Shown here piece after piece: positions 18,517 through 26,719 of a stretch of DNA of 64,000 nucleotides. The notes beneath the pieces are model-generated. The model saw nothing but the letters and a program-made list of their open reading frames with translations, did not search any database and was not told the DNA's origin. The stretch's first letter is position 1. Each line of letters begins with the position of its first letter. Source of the DNA: a virus. Lineage: Duplodnaviria > Caudoviricetes. The position numbers and the translations under genes were made by a program. Location of the stretch: IMG/VR virus record IMGVR_UViG_3300023178_000006; one strand, given 5' to 3'.

Positions 18517-18909
18517 ATGGCTAAAGAAACAGTAGACACCGGAAGAGGTGAAGCAACCATCGATATTGAAAAATATACTGAGATGGTGCTTAAGCTTGAT
18601 GAAGCTCAAGATAAAATCAAAGAAATGGAACAATTGAGTAAGGAATTACAGATTGCAACAGCAGCTGCTAAACCTGCACAAAAGTTTTCATTTGGTGCGC
18701 TGTTCCGTGACGAAAATGATATAAATGAGAAATCAATCATTGGATTTATATCCTTTGCTTTAATGACTGTTTTTGGTATCTGTGACTTAGTCACAGCATT
18801 CTGGGGACAAGATTTAGTGATTTCAGATACTATTTACACATCATTTGTTGTGGTAACATTAGGTGCTTTTGGTATATCTGAAGCTGGAAAAGCTTTCAGT
18901 AAGCAATAA
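18517..18909 (+). CDS. Coiled-coil plus two-TM membrane protein (holin-like topology possible)
   Basis: N-terminal coiled coil, then DINEKSIIGFISFALM and FVVVTLGAFGIS TM segments. Confidence 0.6.
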   Translation: MAKETVDTGRGEATIDIEKYTEMVLKLDEAQDKIKEMEQLSKELQIATAAAKPAQKFSFGALFRDENDINEKSIIGFISFALMTVFGICDLVTAFWGQDLVISDTIYTSFVVVTLGAFGISEAGKAFSKQ

Positions 18910-18913
18910 TAAG

Positions 18914-18940
18914 AAAGGGGGCGTTCAGCCCCTTTTTTTT
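18914..18940. terminator. Bidirectional intrinsic terminator
   Basis: AAAGGGGC-gttca-GCCCCTTTTTTTT between convergent genes. Confidence 0.8.
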
Positions 18941-19034
18941 AATCTGTATTTTTTAAAAGGATATACAATTCCTTTCCTACGAATCCTACCGTAACTCCGA
19001 GTATAATCCAGAATGCTATCATTTCTGGAATCAT
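18939..19034 (-). CDS. Single-TM peptide (31 aa)
   Basis: MIPEMIAFWIILGVTVGFVGKELYILLKNTD; ATGA overlap with upstream ORF. Confidence 0.4.
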   Translation of the reverse strand: MIPEMIAFWIILGVTVGFVGKELYILLKNTD

Positions 19035-19300
19035 AGTCTTTTAGCTACGTCACAAATTGTTTCTGTTTTTGTGGTGTCGTGATAGTCACCATTTCTAAAA
19101 TCTCTTACTGAAGTTTCTTTTACAAGATATCCATCACGGATTTTATAGTTAACGACTTCTTTTCTAAATACACCTTCCATCTTATCAAATACTGTTTTGA
19201 AAGGGCCTTCTGAAAGTCCATCATAGGGTTTCATCTCTCTATCTAAAATTGCTTTTTTAGAGTGAGTGAGGGTTTCAACATTACTGCCTTTGTATTTCAT
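19031..19300 (-). CDS. Conserved hypothetical protein
   Basis: Co-oriented ORF with AAGGA RBS. Confidence 0.6.
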   Translation of the reverse strand: MKYKGSNVETLTHSKKAILDREMKPYDGLSEGPFKTVFDKMEGVFRKEVVNYKIRDGYLVKETSVRDFRNGDYHDTTKTETICDVAKRL

Positions 19301-19313
19301 TTTATATTTCCTT

Positions 19314-20387
19314 TTAGAATTTGATTATTCGTTTGCCTGGGAAGTTAACGAGTTTATTACAATCGGGTTTATAACCTTCTGGCCATACTATATCCCAATC
19401 ATCTGCATTAAAAGTTTCTTCTGGTGGAGTGTAGGTATGTATCATAAGTTCTGGAATACGTTCTTCGTGCATTTTACCTGCAGCTTCTAATTCATCATAC
19501 TTATCGACAAGTACTGATAACCAAGATAACCAACCTCTTTCAAATCCACCTTCGTCTTTTTGCATTTCAACGATACCACCAATACGTGTATCATATACGT
19601 AAGTAGGATATCTGTCGAATATGTGTTTCATTACAATATTACCTTGAGCGTGTTCGTGTTTTAATTCAAAATATAATACTGTATCTTCACCCACCACGTG
19701 TGCTGGGTCAAATCTTAATCCTGTATTAATTGCTGCTTTACTAAACCATACTAAACGAGAATGAGTTTCCCAATTGTTGATGTACTTATAACAATGGTTT
19801 GCCCAAGATTTATGTACAACCGCAAGGCTCGCTGCAAAATCATCTGGGTCATTCGGACCAACTTCAACTAATCTTCCTGCACATGCATCATCCCACCACA
19901 TTTTGTCAAATTTAAAACACCTTGTGGCTTGAGTATGAAGTGTTTCTGGGTCCATTTCTGTTTCTGCAGTAACGATAGGAATATCGTGACATATAATAGG
20001 ATTATATCCTGCAGCATAGTGAACACCAATTTGATATTCAATTGCGAGTACGTCGGGTGGAGTGTCTAATGCTGCTACTTGTTTGTATGTCCAAACACCG
20101 TGATTAGTAATATAGTCATCACCATCAACTAATACCATGTAATCATTATCTGATTCTAAAAATTTTTCGAAGACAGTGTTTTTACCAGTTGCAGCAGTAC
20201 CATCACTAACTGTAATGTAATGCTCTATTCCTTCTTCAACACACCATGCAGCAGCTCTTGTTTCAAAGTCAGAATTTTGCGTATTAATAATAATACACAA
20301 ATCTTCTTTTGGAATTGTATTGATGTGACGCTTGACCGCGTAAATATTACGAGTCACTAATGCGTAAAATTTGACTGAACCGGACAT
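19314..20387 (-). CDS. GT-A fold (family 2-like) glycosyltransferase
   Basis: ATGKN.V, YMVLVDGDDY (DXD), GLRFD...VGEDTVLY. Confidence 0.6.
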   Translation of the reverse strand: MSGSVKFYALVTRNIYAVKRHINTIPKEDLCIIINTQNSDFETRAAAWCVEEGIEHYITVSDGTAATGKNTVFEKFLESDNDYMVLVDGDDYITNHGVWTYKQVAALDTPPDVLAIEYQIGVHYAAGYNPIICHDIPIVTAETEMDPETLHTQATRCFKFDKMWWDDACAGRLVEVGPNDPDDFAASLAVVHKSWANHCYKYINNWETHSRLVWFSKAAINTGLRFDPAHVVGEDTVLYFELKHEHAQGNIVMKHIFDRYPTYVYDTRIGGIVEMQKDEGGFERGWLSWLSVLVDKYDELEAAGKMHEERIPELMIHTYTPPEETFNADDWDIVWPEGYKPDCNKLVNFPGKRIIKF

Positions 20388-20388
20388 A

Positions 20389-20925
20389 TTAATCTATAGG
20401 TTCTGTGGGCCAGGTAACACTGTTTGGAAATGTCTCTTGGTCTGTAATATCTCTTAGTGCTTGACGATATTCTGCCATTTCTGTGCTTAGTGTTCTGTCT
20501 GATAATGCATAGTGGTCTGAGTGATGAAGCAATTCGTCTCTTTGCATACGAATATTTGCACCAATTTGTTGAGCATCAAGAGGAACCTTTGTCCAACCAT
20601 AAGTGATTGTTCCATCATCAGCAACAGTTTTATTTGGTTCTAATCTTTCGATTGATGGGTCCCAATCTGGTTCTGGTTCATATACTACATCTTCTAAAGT
20701 ACCACCATCACTTTCAAGTTCCATCGTTTCCATTGTTGCAGCTGCATCCCAAAAGGATACCGCTTCTTGAACTCGTTCAGCTGCTTGATTATGAATCCAC
20801 TCTTCAGTGAAGTCAATCTCACTAGTTGTAGTTGCGATATAATAATCTTCACAGTTCGTTTTACTATATCGAATCTGTGCGACTTTATTAATCCAATCTA
20901 CTTTTACAATTTTATAATCTATCAT
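20389..20925 (-). CDS. Tail fibre assembly chaperone-like protein
   Basis: C-terminal IRMQRDELL..SD.....YRQALRDITDQ..FP..VTWP. Confidence 0.75.
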   Translation of the reverse strand: MIDYKIVKVDWINKVAQIRYSKTNCEDYYIATTTSEIDFTEEWIHNQAAERVQEAVSFWDAAATMETMELESDGGTLEDVVYEPEPDWDPSIERLEPNKTVADDGTITYGWTKVPLDAQQIGANIRMQRDELLHHSDHYALSDRTLSTEMAEYRQALRDITDQETFPNSVTWPTEPID

Positions 20926-20928
20926 TTT

Positions 20929-21603
20929 TTACCTCATTCTTATGTACCAATTATGGCCATTATAATAACTATTAATAAGACCAGATGCAATTCTTGCAAT
21001 GTTATTCCATTGCCAAGATTCCCAAGACCAACTCCAAGAGTAATATGCTTGTTGCGCTGAGCTACCAAAGTTTCTTTTAAACCCTCTATACGTTCCACCA
21101 CTACCAGAACCTCTTTGAATTGTGATAGTTGTTAACGCTGAAGAGTTCCATGTTAACGGTACTTTAAAATCTAAATATGTCCACCCACTATTAGAACCAC
21201 TACGATGCGATACTGTTAAGTGTCTATGGTTTCCATAATACACCGTATGAATTCCGCCAAGTGCTGCGGTTGTTGAAATGTTAGAAGACCTTGTAGAGGA
21301 ACCAAAGGCGTTATTAGTATATCCAAATTCATAATGCCAGAACTGACTTCCATTCGCAACAGACCAACCAATCTTTCTACCAAAGACTCCATTAGAATAA
21401 TAACTATTTCCACCTCCTGAGGATAACCTTGCTGTGCGTCTTGATGAACTATAAAAGTCATTATAAGCAATTGAACCAGATGCTGGAATCGTTCCTATAT
21501 ACGGGTCTGATGCGTCTCTGTAATAACTTCCCAATGCATAACTAGACCCGAATTCATTTCGAATCTGCGACATTGAAATTGCGCCTGACGATTGCAGAGC
21601 CAT
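20929..21603 (-). CDS. Putative tail fibre/adhesin-like virion protein
   Basis: MALQSSGAISMSQIRNEFG N-terminus; Ser/Gly/Trp/Tyr-rich; late promoter; adjacent chaperone. Confidence 0.55.
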   Translation of the reverse strand: MALQSSGAISMSQIRNEFGSSYALGSYYRDASDPYIGTIPASGSIAYNDFYSSSRRTARLSSGGGNSYYSNGVFGRKIGWSVANGSQFWHYEFGYTNNAFGSSTRSSNISTTAALGGIHTVYYGNHRHLTVSHRSGSNSGWTYLDFKVPLTWNSSALTTITIQRGSGSGGTYRGFKRNFGSSAQQAYYSWSWSWESWQWNNIARIASGLINSYYNGHNWYIRMR

Positions 21604-21627
21604 ATAAGTTCCTCTAAGTTATTACTC

Positions 21628-21635
21628 TATTTATT
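21628..21635 (-). promoter_or_regulatory. Late promoter variant AATAAATA
   Basis: 25 nt upstream of the adhesin-like ATG. Confidence 0.55.
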
Positions 21636-21816
21636 AGTCTACGAGTAATTGAATTAGACCTGAGTCCCAATTGTTTGAAACATCAGTTGCAAAAGCCATG
21701 CTCTTACCTTCGAGTCTTCTTGACTCAACTAACTTATTATTTTCAAATAAGTCAACAACGTAAACTTCGCCGTCCATGCGAATTTCACTTCTTCTATTAT
21801 TTTCTGCGTTACTCAC
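21634..21816 (-). CDS. Conserved hypothetical protein
   Basis: GTG start with GGAGG RBS; overlaps the upstream gene stop. Confidence 0.55.
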   Translation of the reverse strand: MSNAENNRRSEIRMDGEVYVVDLFENNKLVESRRLEGKSMAFATDVSNNWDSGLIQLLVD

Positions 21817-22072
21817 CTAAAACCTCCCAACCTTCTACGGTATCTAATCTAAATGAACGCCATGCGTTTTTATCTAATGACCAGACAGGGAATGCCTCAG
21901 TTTCAGTAGACGAGTAATCAACTTTATTCTTGACTCCATTTGCTTCTAAAACTTCAGGATTCAGAGTGCATGGCATTACTCTCAATTCTCCTGTGTCAAT
22001 TTTACGAAAGGATACAGTAACCGTTCCTTTCTTTAATGCTTCTAGTAATTTACTTTTTTCAACTATTTCCAT
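21809..22072 (-). CDS. SH3 beta-barrel/WYL_2-like conserved T4 protein
   Basis: VTVSFRKIDTGELRVMPCTLN...VWSLDKNAWRSFR; start trimmed to MEIVEK to avoid the tRNA. Confidence 0.7.
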   Translation of the reverse strand: MEIVEKSKLLEALKKGTVTVSFRKIDTGELRVMPCTLNPEVLEANGVKNKVDYSSTETEAFPVWSLDKNAWRSFRLDTVEGWEVLGE

Positions 22073-22086
22073 AATATATCCTTGAT

Positions 22087-22163
22087 TGGCCTCCTCTGAG
22101 AGATTCGAACTCCCGGCCTTGTGGTTCGTAGCCACACGCTCTATCCAACTGAGCTAAGAGGAG
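22087..22163 (-). tRNA. tRNA-Arg(ACG)
   Basis: CTCCTCT/AGAGGAG acceptor, TGTGG-CTACGAA-CCACA anticodon arm, TTCGA, CCA. Confidence 0.93.
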
Positions 22164-22175
22164 ATGTAAAGTGTT

Positions 22176-22204
22176 ATTATAACACATTTATTTTAATTTG
22201 TCAA
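22176..22204 (-). promoter_or_regulatory. Sigma70-type promoter for tRNA-Arg(ACG)
   Basis: TTGACA-17-TATAAT just upstream of the tRNA 5' end. Confidence 0.8.
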
Positions 22205-22489
22205 CCCTAGCAATGATTGCCAAAAGTTAATCCAAAATGCACCATGGTCTTTCATAATACCCATAGCTAAAAATGAGAATCCAACACCATTCAAAAGAAT
22301 AAGTGCTCGGTCTTCCCATAAAATCGAAACCCACATCCATAGTCCAATACCAAAAAAACTAAAATATAAATCTAATAAATGGTAATCTGGACCAGATGAA
22401 CGAAAAATAATTGCTGATAATACGAGAGCTGATGCTATCCACTTAACATACCAATCTAATTTCTTTTCTCCACGCTCACTACGTATCAT
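22193..22489 (-). CDS. Three-TM membrane protein
   Basis: WYVKWIASALVL, three hydrophobic segments. Confidence 0.65.
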   Translation of the reverse strand: MIRSERGEKKLDWYVKWIASALVLSAIIFRSSGPDYHLLDLYFSFFGIGLWMWVSILWEDRALILLNGVGFSFLAMGIMKDHGAFWINFWQSLLGLTN

Positions 22490-22668
22490 TAACTTAATGT
22501 TTCCTTGTTCGTAATATTCGTAGTTGGGATATCTACAATGTATCCATCGATTCTACGAACATAGGTAGTATCACCCTCTACCTTTTCTTCGATACCTACA
22601 ACTTCTAATGTGACACCCTCTTTAACTGGGTGGTTGTAGGTGTATTTTATTCTTCCTTCTGTACTCAT
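22489..22668 (-). CDS. Hypothetical protein (59 aa)
   Basis: Manual translation MSTEGRIKYTYNHPV...; translationally coupled to neighbours. Confidence 0.5.
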   Translation of the reverse strand: MSTEGRIKYTYNHPVKEGVTLEVVGIEEKVEGDTTYVRRIDGYIVDIPTTNITNKETLS

Positions 22669-22832
22669 ACATTACACCTCTTTTTGAGTATTTCTAATTC
22701 TTTATCTTTTCTTGCTTGCCACTTTTCTTGAGTACGTTCATGACCGGCTGCATTTGTTTTAGGGAAAAATTTTGATTCCTTTAAACGCTCGTAAGCACCT
22801 AATCTTCTAGCTTCAACATTTCTTTTCTTCAT
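22665..22832 (-). CDS. Basic hypothetical protein (55 aa)
   Basis: Manual translation MKKRNVEARRLGAYERLK...; GGAGA RBS. Confidence 0.5.
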   Translation of the reverse strand: MKKRNVEARRLGAYERLKESKFFPKTNAAGHERTQEKWQARKDKELEILKKRCNV

Positions 22833-23565
22833 TTCCAATCTCCCATTTATATTTGGATATCACTTTTAGATGTTCCCAAGTTTCTTCATAATTTTCTACT
22901 TGATGGACTTCACCCATTTTACCGAGTTCAATTACTAAAGCTATTGAGTAATCGTTTCCACCATGCATTGTTCTATCACCAAAAAAGACTAACCTTTCGT
23001 ATTCTTCTTTTAAATCATAAGCAGCTTGAGACTTGTCAGCCTTTTTAGGAGATATATCTATACTTATCTCTCCACCTGCTGTTGCATGTAAATCTGTAAA
23101 CTTTCTATTTATGTCATCGCACAAATTTTTTCTTTCGAGATAATTCTTATCCCATTCAAAGTATTTTTTACGTTGTTCTTGAGTTGCAGCTCTACCGACA
23201 GTAGAAAAATTAATCATACCTGTGCGAACTTCGATATGGTTATTTGTCTTAGGTTGATATGGACTATGATGTAGTCTATTCTTGAGGTAGTGTGTGAGTT
23301 CATACGATGGCTTCCAAGGGTTTGTTTTTACTCGCCTATTTTTATACCATAACTCATTTCCGTTACATTGGTATACACCTAGCATTTGGTCGTATATCTC
23401 GAAACCAATTTGTTCGATTGTTTTTGGTCTATCACTTCCACTTACTAAATAGCAATCATTGTTTTTAGTAAAGTCTAAAAACCAATCGTGAAATTCTGGT
23501 TCGATTGTTCCGCGTGCTGGCGTGAGCGTACCATCTACATCAAATACAAAAGCTTCTTTCTTCAT
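22813..23565 (-). CDS. HAD-superfamily phosphomannomutase (eukaryote-type PMM family)
   Basis: FVFDVDGTLT, VSGSD, IEVRTGMINFS.VGR, GGEISIDI, FFGD....GGNDY. Confidence 0.88.
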   Translation of the reverse strand: MKKEAFVFDVDGTLTPARGTIEPEFHDWFLDFTKNNDCYLVSGSDRPKTIEQIGFEIYDQMLGVYQCNGNELWYKNRRVKTNPWKPSYELTHYLKNRLHHSPYQPKTNNHIEVRTGMINFSTVGRAATQEQRKKYFEWDKNYLERKNLCDDINRKFTDLHATAGGEISIDISPKKADKSQAAYDLKEEYERLVFFGDRTMHGGNDYSIALVIELGKMGEVHQVENYEETWEHLKVISKYKWEIGNEEKKC

Positions 23566-23693
23566 AGTACGTCATTTCGATATAAAACAAGTAATATCAC
23601 AATCACCGGAATCATCGCCATTAAAAAATCCGACATAGTTAAACTTCCTTTATCTTCAATTGGTACGTCTTCGTATCTTTCTTCTTTCTTCAT
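23562..23693 (-). CDS. Small single-TM protein (43 aa)
   Basis: Manual translation MKKEERYEDVPIEDKGSLTMSDFLMAMIPVIVILLVLYRNDVL; AGGA RBS. Confidence 0.45.
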   Translation of the reverse strand: MKKEERYEDVPIEDKGSLTMSDFLMAMIPVIVILLVLYRNDVL

Positions 23694-23703
23694 AATATCC
23701 TAA

Positions 23704-23779
23704 TGGTGGAGCTGACAGGGGTCGAACCTGCGACCTCCTCCGTGCAAGGGAGGCGCTCTCCCAACTGAGCTACAGCCCC
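23704..23779 (-). tRNA. tRNA-Ala(TGC)
   Basis: GGGGCTG acceptor with G3:U70, CCTCC-CTTGCAC-GGAGG, CCA. Confidence 0.96.
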
Positions 23780-23786
23780 ACGTGTT

Positions 23787-23862
23787 TGGTGCCGGATGTC
23801 GGGTTCGAACTGACGACCTACTGATTACAAATCAGTTGCTCTACCAACTGAGCTAATCCGGC
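23787..23862 (-). tRNA. tRNA-Thr(TGT)
   Basis: GCCGGAT acceptor, ACTGA-TTTGTAA-TCAGT, TTCGA, CCA. Confidence 0.96.
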
Positions 23863-24041
23863 AAACTTTCTAATTCTTTTTCTACTAAACTCTTAACCTT
23901 ATCTAAGCTGTACCACAATCCTGAGTACATAGTTGTTCTTCCATTAGGGCAATTTTCCCATTGAACAACGTATCTCTTATAACCATAAGGTCTTTCTGAA
24001 AATATTCTTACGTCTCCGTAATTAGTTTCCAATAGTCTCAT
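23853..24041 (-). CDS. Hypothetical protein (stop codon lies inside tRNA-Thr)
   Basis: 62-aa ORF coupled to the upstream ORF. Confidence 0.55.
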   Translation of the reverse strand: MRLLETNYGDVRIFSERPYGYKRYVVQWENCPNGRTTMYSGLWYSLDKVKSLVEKELESLPD

Positions 24042-24219
24042 TTAATTTACCTAACTCTGATTGAAGTTCGTGAATCCTTTTATAGGCTTCATACTTTTGT
24101 GTGTTTTCTTCTTCAACCATTTTCTTGTAGAGTTTAACATCGGCTCTAAGTTTATTTAGTTCTTTTTCTTGAACTTTAAGTTTTTCTCTATAAACTTCAA
24201 TTGTAAAGTCTTTATCCAT
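24022..24219 (-). CDS. Coiled-coil hypothetical protein
   Basis: GAGGA RBS; heptad pattern. Confidence 0.6.
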   Translation of the reverse strand: MDKDFTIEVYREKLKVQEKELNKLRADVKLYKKMVEEENTQKYEAYKRIHELQSELGKLNETIGN

Positions 24220-24349
24220 CTTCCTCTCTTATAGGATGTTTAGTATAACCGCGTTTAGCAGCCTTTTTTCTGTCTGTCATTACGACGGCTTTGTTATATT
24301 TATGACCGTATTTCGCTACTGGATTTTTCCTCTTCTCTACTTTCTTCAT
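24212..24349 (-). CDS. Small basic conserved phage protein (45 aa)
   Basis: Manual translation RKNPVAKYGHKYNKAVVMTDRKKAAKRGYTKH, a pattern recalled from T4-like phages. Confidence 0.6.
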   Translation of the reverse strand: MKKVEKRKNPVAKYGHKYNKAVVMTDRKKAAKRGYTKHPIREEDG

Positions 24350-24430
24350 TTCTCTCTAAGACCTCTTCGCAATGTGGACACTTTAAATCTATACCAAGTA
24401 GTTCACTTATTGCTTTATGCTTTTTCCACT

Positions 24431-24580
24431 CTATATCCATTTACCCGTCACGAAAGAATCAATTATCTGTATACAAGTGTACTGAACAAATAAAGCCGTC
24501 GCTATCCCAAGTGCGGGATAGATTACGTTTGCTTTCCAAGGATTCTTATTAATCCATTTTTCTAAATCTTTATCATTCAT
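24431..24580 (-). CDS. Small membrane protein (49 aa)
   Basis: Manual translation MNDKDLEKWINKNPWKANVIYPALGIATALF... Confidence 0.45.
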   Translation of the reverse strand: MNDKDLEKWINKNPWKANVIYPALGIATALFVQYTCIQIIDSFVTGKWI

Positions 24581-24597
24581 AACTTTGTATTTATCAT

Positions 24598-24674
24598 TGG
24601 TCGGAGTAATAGGATTCGAACCTATGACCCTCTGCTCCCAAAGCAGATGCGCTACCAGGCTGCGCTATACTCCG
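24598..24674 (-). tRNA. tRNA-Pro(TGG)
   Basis: CGGAGTA acceptor, TCTGC-TTTGGGA-GCAGA, CCA. Confidence 0.96.
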
Positions 24675-24678
24675 TATT

Positions 24679-24765
24679 TGGTGCCTCGAGTCGGAATCGA
24701 ACCGACAAGACCGTAAGGTCGAGGGATTTTAAGTCCCTTGTGTTTACCTATTTCACCACCGAGGC
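24679..24765 (-). tRNA. tRNA-Leu(TAA)
   Basis: 87 nt with long variable arm, AGGGA-CTTAAAA-TCCCT, CCA. Confidence 0.95.
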
Positions 24766-24771
24766 TTTATT

Positions 24772-24848
24772 TGGCGCGCCCTCCAGGACTCGAACCTGGG
24801 ACCCACAGCTTAGAAGGCTGTTGTTCTATCCAACTGAACTAAGGGCGC
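24772..24848 (-). tRNA. tRNA-Arg(TCT)
   Basis: GCGCCCT acceptor, ACAGC-CTTCTAA-GCTGT, CCA. Confidence 0.96.
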
Positions 24849-24853
24849 AATAA

Positions 24854-25276
24854 CTATTCGTATTCCTTCCTAAATTCATTTGTCAATTTGTGTTGGAGGC
24901 GCCTAGCCTCTTTTTCCCAAGGTTGATTCCAATATTCCGTATTGTGGTGGTCCTTGGTTTTCCACCGTGTTAACTGTGCATCCAATTCGCCTCTTGCAAA
25001 TTGTTTGACGTGTACCATTTCATGAGCGAGGGTACTTAACCAATCACCATAAAGTGCTACATCGATAATAAAGTTTCTCTGGTCCAGAGATTCACAAAGA
25101 CCTTCACTAGCATTGGGTGTGTCAACATATAGTTTGTGGTGAAAGTTTACTAGAATATTCGTACGCAACCGGTTGATACCAAGATTTTTTGCGAACGATT
25201 TCATTGCCAGGAGGGCATAGGCTTGAAGCCCCACATCTAGTTTACCACCTCGTGGACCAGAGAAAGAAACCATCAT
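24854..25276 (-). CDS. Zincin-like metallopeptidase domain protein
   Basis: LAHEMVHVKQF (HExxH), QPWEKEA. Confidence 0.75.
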   Translation of the reverse strand: MMVSFSGPRGGKLDVGLQAYALLAMKSFAKNLGINRLRTNILVNFHHKLYVDTPNASEGLCESLDQRNFIIDVALYGDWLSTLAHEMVHVKQFARGELDAQLTRWKTKDHHNTEYWNQPWEKEARRLQHKLTNEFRKEYE

Positions 25277-25307
25277 AGTTCATTACCTTGTTGATTAGTA
25301 TGTAGCC

Positions 25308-25336
25308 ATTCTACCATAGTTAGAGTCATTTGTCAA
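25308..25336 (-). promoter_or_regulatory. Sigma70-type early promoter
   Basis: AAAAACAG-TTGACA-17-TAGAAT. Confidence 0.8.
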
Positions 25337-25357
25337 CTGTTTTTGTATAACATTTTG

Positions 25358-25507
25358 TTATATCAATATAACAAAAAGGAATAAGAAGAAGAATATTACC
25401 CACCAATTATCCCACATAAATTCTAAGGTTCCTAGGACTGCTTTAAGTAGACCCATCATTATAAAGATGAATACAGCAAAAGCAAGGATTATACCTATAA
25501 GTTCCAT
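25358..25507 (-). CDS. Small hydrophobic membrane protein (49 aa)
   Basis: Manual translation MELIGIILAFAVFIFIMMGLL...WWVIFFFLFLFVILI. Confidence 0.45.
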   Translation of the reverse strand: MELIGIILAFAVFIFIMMGLLKAVLGTLEFMWDNWWVIFFFLFLFVILI

Positions 25508-25511
25508 TTAC

Positions 25512-25700
25512 CTAATAGTCGTCACTAAATCCTATACCAAAATCATGTCGACCAGTTACTTCGAACATATCGAACTTATCATCGTCATGATATAAAGTGA
25601 AATCATCACTTCTCATTTTTGCTAACTTCTTGTTAGCTTGCTTATTGCGCTTCATTTCTTGTTCGGCAATACGAACATCTGGGTCATCGTAATACGACAT
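25512..25700 (-). CDS. Early hypothetical protein
   Basis: GGAGG RBS; coupled to upstream ORF. Confidence 0.6.
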   Translation of the reverse strand: MSYYDDPDVRIAEQEMKRNKQANKKLAKMRSDDFTLYHDDDKFDMFEVTGRHDFGIGFSDDY

Positions 25701-26068
25701 TATGCAGCCTCCATTTTGTTTTCATAATATAGCTTCAACTGAATAGCATCCATGGAACTCATTCCACCAATGTGCCATTCATATTGACTGTTACTCATAG
25801 CAGCATAACCACCGTCATAATCTTTCCAATTATAAATGGTTACGTTACGAGTTGTTTCAAATTCTTTATCTTCAATTTTGAGTTCCCACTCAATATCAAC
25901 TTTACCGTCGCCGGAAGTTTCTGTACATTGAGGTTGACCGAAGACTTTGACTAAGTCTGCGTAAGAGGATACGAGGTATCCTTGAAGTGAGGTACTAACA
26001 AATTCAGTACGTGGTTTAACTTTCAACATAATATAATCCTTTTCCAATTTATGTTTCCATTCTAACAC
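25700..26068 (-). CDS. Early conserved hypothetical protein (true start probably MLKVK)
   Basis: SLQGY...Y.DLV..FG.P...DGKVDIEW...TIYNWK...WHIGG; the annotated start overlaps a promoter. Confidence 0.65.
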   Translation of the reverse strand: MLEWKHKLEKDYIMLKVKPRTEFVSTSLQGYLVSSYADLVKVFGQPQCTETSGDGKVDIEWELKIEDKEFETTRNVTIYNWKDYDGGYAAMSNSQYEWHIGGMSSMDAIQLKLYYENKMEAA

Positions 26069-26087
26069 AGTCTTTTGTGAATGTCAA
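26059..26087 (-). promoter_or_regulatory. Sigma70-type early promoter
   Basis: AAAAAACAG-TTGACA-17-TAGAAT, extended -10. Confidence 0.8.
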
Positions 26088-26095
26088 CTGTTTTT

Positions 26096-26323
26096 TCAAC
26101 TTTTTGTAAAAATATCCCTTGTGAGACTACCAAACATGTACGTACCGTACAGGAATAAAGGAATCGCAAGCGCGAACTTGATGGTATCATCTGAGAGATT
26201 CATCAGTTCCATAAATCCGATTAATAGAAACATAACTGCTGCAATCGAAACAACAGCACCAATACCAAATCCTAAATCTTTAAGAGCATCTTTAGGACTA
26301 TCTGAAAATAAAAATTTCTTCAT
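26096..26323 (-). CDS. Early two-TM membrane protein
   Basis: GGAG RBS, two hydrophobic helices. Confidence 0.6.
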   Translation of the reverse strand: MKKFLFSDSPKDALKDLGFGIGAVVSIAAVMFLLIGFMELMNLSDDTIKFALAIPLFLYGTYMFGSLTRDIFTKS

Positions 26324-26324
26324 T

Positions 26325-26510
26325 TTAAACTCCGTGAGTTATGTGAGAGTATGCGTCATCACATTCGTTAATAGGTTCACCGCACATACAGGTTTCTTCT
26401 TCTTCTTTAGTAGGTGCACCGACCATAGCTCTAATTTGAGCTTCAGTGTACCTTTGTTCTCCCCCTCTAATTGACTGTTCAGCCAAAATTTTAATGTACT
26501 TGTCGTCCAC
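26325..26510 (-). CDS. Early hypothetical protein, Cys/His C-terminus
   Basis: CMCG...C...Y.H; GTG start with GGAGGAG RBS. Confidence 0.55.
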   Translation of the reverse strand: MDDKYIKILAEQSIRGGEQRYTEAQIRAMVGAPTKEEEETCMCGEPINECDDAYSHITHGV

Positions 26511-26719
26511 TATTCTCCTCCCATGTTTTCAAATCTCATTTCGATAAGAGCGTCAATAAGCTCATCATCATCTTTTGTATGAGGAAGTTTCTCAGTACCG
26601 AACTCAGCGGCAATAGTATCAACTACACCACCCATTCCCCAAACACCATTTGTTTCTACCAGACTCATTACGTCAGTTGTAATGTTATCTATAACTTGGT
26701 CGTTTACCCAGTGACTCAT
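26510..26719 (-). CDS. Early hypothetical protein
   Basis: AGGAGG RBS; ATGA coupling. Confidence 0.6.
   Translation of the reverse strand: MSHWVNDQVIDNITTDVMSLVETNGVWGMGGVVDTIAAEFGTEKLPHTKDDDELIDALIEMRFENMGGE

Noticed and set aside
22073-22135. N-terminal extension of the SH3-like ORF
   Set aside because: Runs through tRNA-Arg(ACG); MEIVEK is the better start.
24647-24853. 68-aa plus-strand ORF
   Set aside because: Antisense reading of three tRNA genes.
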